Source: Methanothrix sp. (GTDB lineage Archaea > Halobacteriota > Methanosarcinia > Methanotrichales > Methanotrichaceae). Taken from it: DNA of 64,000 nt. The position numbers were made by a program, and so were the translations under genes. Shown here one piece after another: positions 61,819 through 64,000 of this stretch. The notes beneath the pieces are model-generated. The model had not been told where the DNA came from. It made no database searches and saw only the letters and a list, made by a program, of their open reading frames with translations. The stretch's first letter is position 1, and each line of letters begins with the position of its first letter. The stretch lies in assembly GCA_963682135.1 (NCBI GenBank), contig OY821645.1:1056001-1120000 (forward strand), read 5' to 3'.

Positions 61819-62553
61819 CTAGATATAGATCGCATATCCCGGTTCGACATTGATTATTTTTGTGCCGCCCCTCTCGAAGAACATCGTCTTCGGGTAGTTG
61901 AACTGACCGTCGTAGACCCGGATATCATGGTTGCGACCACCAACCACACTGAAGCTGAACTTTCCATCAAGCGGATCTCCACTAGTTCCTTCCGTGCCGA
62001 TGTAATTTTCATCCAGGAATACCTGATACCCCCTCATGCCTTGAGATACTATTGTGGCAGTGGAGTCGCCTGTGGCGGGAGCAGAAGACTGCGTGGCTGC
62101 AATGGATGCGGGAATTTGTACGACTGGATATGTTGAGGTTGGCCTTGGGTATACTCTTACGGACGATTTTGTTTGGGCATAATCCAGGGTCTTTTCCCAG
62201 TTCTTTTGGAATGGCTGCCATGTCATTGCAGCTAAAGAGTTCAATCTAAAGTCGGAATAATACGGCGATGGATAATATGGGTATATTCCATAGGGTCCTG
62301 GGTAGGTGCTGTTCCTGAATTGATACGGATATGCATAATCTCTGAAGAACTCAGCGCCAAAGTAGGGGTAGTAAATGTGTTCCCTGGTCTGGCCTTGGTT
62401 GGGGGAGAAGATCGGATCTGTGAAGTATTGGGCGATATCACCACCATAAGGGCCGACATATCCTCCATCAAGCCATTCCTCCCCACATGCCATGCTAATC
62501 AGCAAGCACAAAGTTAATACAGTTAGATGCGGCAAACATTTTCTGGACATCAT
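61819..62553 (-). CDS. Secreted hypothetical protein (Tyr/Pro-rich N-half, PEGA-like C-terminal domain)
   Basis: Signal peptide; YQVFLDENYIGTEG...HDIRV. Confidence 0.7.
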   Translation of the reverse strand: MMSRKCLPHLTVLTLCLLISMACGEEWLDGGYVGPYGGDIAQYFTDPIFSPNQGQTREHIYYPYFGAEFFRDYAYPYQFRNSTYPGPYGIYPYYPSPYYSDFRLNSLAAMTWQPFQKNWEKTLDYAQTKSSVRVYPRPTSTYPVVQIPASIAATQSSAPATGDSTATIVSQGMRGYQVFLDENYIGTEGTSGDPLDGKFSFSVVGGRNHDIRVYDGQFNYPKTMFFERGGTKIINVEPGYAIYI

Positions 62554-62609
62554 GGTTTTTCACAAAGGTACCTCTATCACTAATGGAATTTAACTTGTAG
62601 GGTCGGAAA

Positions 62610-62745
62610 GGACAAAGCGAGAAGTCCCTATCCTTCAGGGAGGAGATGAAAGCGGAGCCTTTTGCCCGGATCACTTTCGCCCCACGCGGATAATTATATT
62701 TGGATTCGCAAGACGATTCCACATAGTAGGGAGGGGACACCCCGA
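62610..62745 (+). mobile_element. Possible non-autonomous IS200/IS605-family remnant
   Basis: gaagtccctatccttcagggaggagatgaaagcg resembles IS605-type terminal hairpins; gtagggaggggacaccccgaa resembles the stem at tnpB 3' ends; no transposase ORF. Confidence 0.35.
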
Positions 62746-62896
62746 ACCAGTCCGACGAGATCCGAACCACTGCAATCGACTTGAGAGAAGAATAAGGCGA
62801 TGTCAAGGCATTGGGAGGGACCCGGTTTACCTCGACTATCGCCGTATCGTCTGTAAACATTCGACGATATAAAGGCTGCGCTCGACTACAACCATT

Positions 62897-63153
62897 TTAC
62901 CATCTCGGTCCCGCCAAAGCCCGTTTCCCTTGATTTGTTAGTCTGGTCGCATATATGCCGTTGGGGAGGCTAAAACCTTCTGTATCCATTTCGCTCTGGT
63001 TATTGACATATCCCTGCATCTCCAAGACCCCTAGGCGTGCCCCGAGTTCTTCCGGATCAAGTTTTACCAGCGAATTAATGCGATCAGCTCTTGGGTAGGC
63101 AACCAGGAGGTCGGCTATTGCTTTCAGGATCTCAAAATCGATAGTGTCCGTTA
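62897..63153 (-). pseudogene. Frameshifted small winged-helix-like gene
   Basis: IDFEILKAI...LDPEELG / frameshift / RLGVLEMQGYV...RLTNQGKRAL; no intact start codon. Confidence 0.5.
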
Positions 63154-63279
63154 TCTATCACCACAGGTTAAACAGATTGCAGCCCAATTATAGTTATCGT
63201 TTACAAGTGTTTGAGGACCCTCAATTGGCCTGCGGTCTTTGTCGAAATGATTTTATTGGTAGAGGACCACATTAAACTC

Positions 63280-63435
63280 ATGGCTATCGAGAGAAGTATT
63301 AAGAACTTAGTTTTGCTGGTTCTTGCAATCATAATCGTTGCTTTCCTCTGGAAGACCATGTGGTTTTTAGGTGGATTGGCGATATTCGCAATTTTGGTCT
63401 ATTTCGTTTACCTGTTACTCAAAGGCAACCTCTAA
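63280..63435 (+). CDS. Small membrane protein
   Basis: 51 aa, two hydrophobic helices. Confidence 0.6.
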   Translation: MAIERSIKNLVLLVLAIIIVAFLWKTMWFLGGLAIFAILVYFVYLLLKGNL

Positions 63436-63520
63436 TCTGTCCACTTTCGTGGCATTACAGGAATCGCTCAATTTGGTGTTACCGACAGCCATATTGAGCG
63501 AGATCGAATTAATGAGCATA

Positions 63521-64000
63521 TTACGGTTGGGTGTGATGTCGGCCCTTACTGCAAGCCTCCAGAGCGGCCCTAAGCATCTCTATCTTGACGGGCTTGCTCA
63601 CGTAGTCATCCATGCCTGCTGCTAGGCAAGCCTCTCGATCACCCTTGAGGGCAGAAGCAGTCATGGCGATGATCACTGGCGTCTCTCCATCCGCCCATCT
63701 TTGACGTATCACCCGAGTAGCTTCAAGTCCGTCCATTTCCGGCATCTGTACGTCCATTAACACTACATCGTAATGCTGGCGCTCCAGGGCTTGCAAGACT
63801 TCAAATCCGTTGGCAGCCATGTCCGATCGATATCCCAGCTTGCTGAGCATCCTCTGAGTAACAATCTGATTAACCAAATTATCTTCCGCGAGCAATATGC
63901 TCATACTCTTATCGAGATTTCCCGGGACATCACCCCTCGATGCAGGCCTGTCGATTTCAATAGGATCGCAGGAGGTAGGTTCTGCCACAATTGTGAAATG
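63521..64000 (-). CDS. Receiver domain, probably C-terminus of a hybrid histidine kinase (5' part outside window)
   Basis: [37 protein letters not shown]. Confidence 0.85.
   Translation of the reverse strand, partial: HFTIVAEPTSCDPIEIDRPASRGDVPGNLDKSMSILLAEDNLVNQIVTQRMLSKLGYRSDMAANGFEVLQALERQHYDVVLMDVQMPEMDGLEATRVIRQRWADGETPVIIAMTASALKGDREACLAAGMDDYVSKPVKIEMLRAALEACSKGRHHTQP

Noticed and set aside
62748-62770. Hammerhead ribozyme core (ccgacgag...cgaa)
   Set aside because: Deviates from CUGANGA/GAAA at invariant positions and lacks a proper stem II.

Overview
Archaeal chromosomal window, most consistent with a methanogen of the Methanothrix/Methanosarcinales type. The basis is YcaO-TfuA, topoisomerase VI, thermosome, aIF-5A, RFC, RPA, Nop5 and many secreted/TPR proteins; the taxonomic call is inference. 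Most of the window is housekeeping. Two accessory patches stand out. (1) 30.8-39.3 kb, directly after pyrG: an AT-rich 1237-aa nuclease-like/P-loop protein, an EVE-domain endonuclease, and a dense mosaic of toxin-antitoxin (TA) genes and gene fragments punctuated by a GC-rich structured repeat. (2) 52.8-54.0 kb: a RelE-type TA pair between two copies of a type IIG restriction-modification gene 3' end. In both patches TA modules are bracketed by diverged direct repeats of the 3' end of a nuclease or toxin gene, suggesting a cassette-accretion mechanism with no integrase visible in the window. Other oddities: an in-frame TGA at a ferredoxin Cys position, an rfcS that appears to need an ATT start, a chimeric membrane-anchored NB-ARC/TPR protein and a possible IS200/IS605 remnant. 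No rRNA, tRNA or CRISPR array was recognised. All calls come from reading motifs by eye; no database searches were run.
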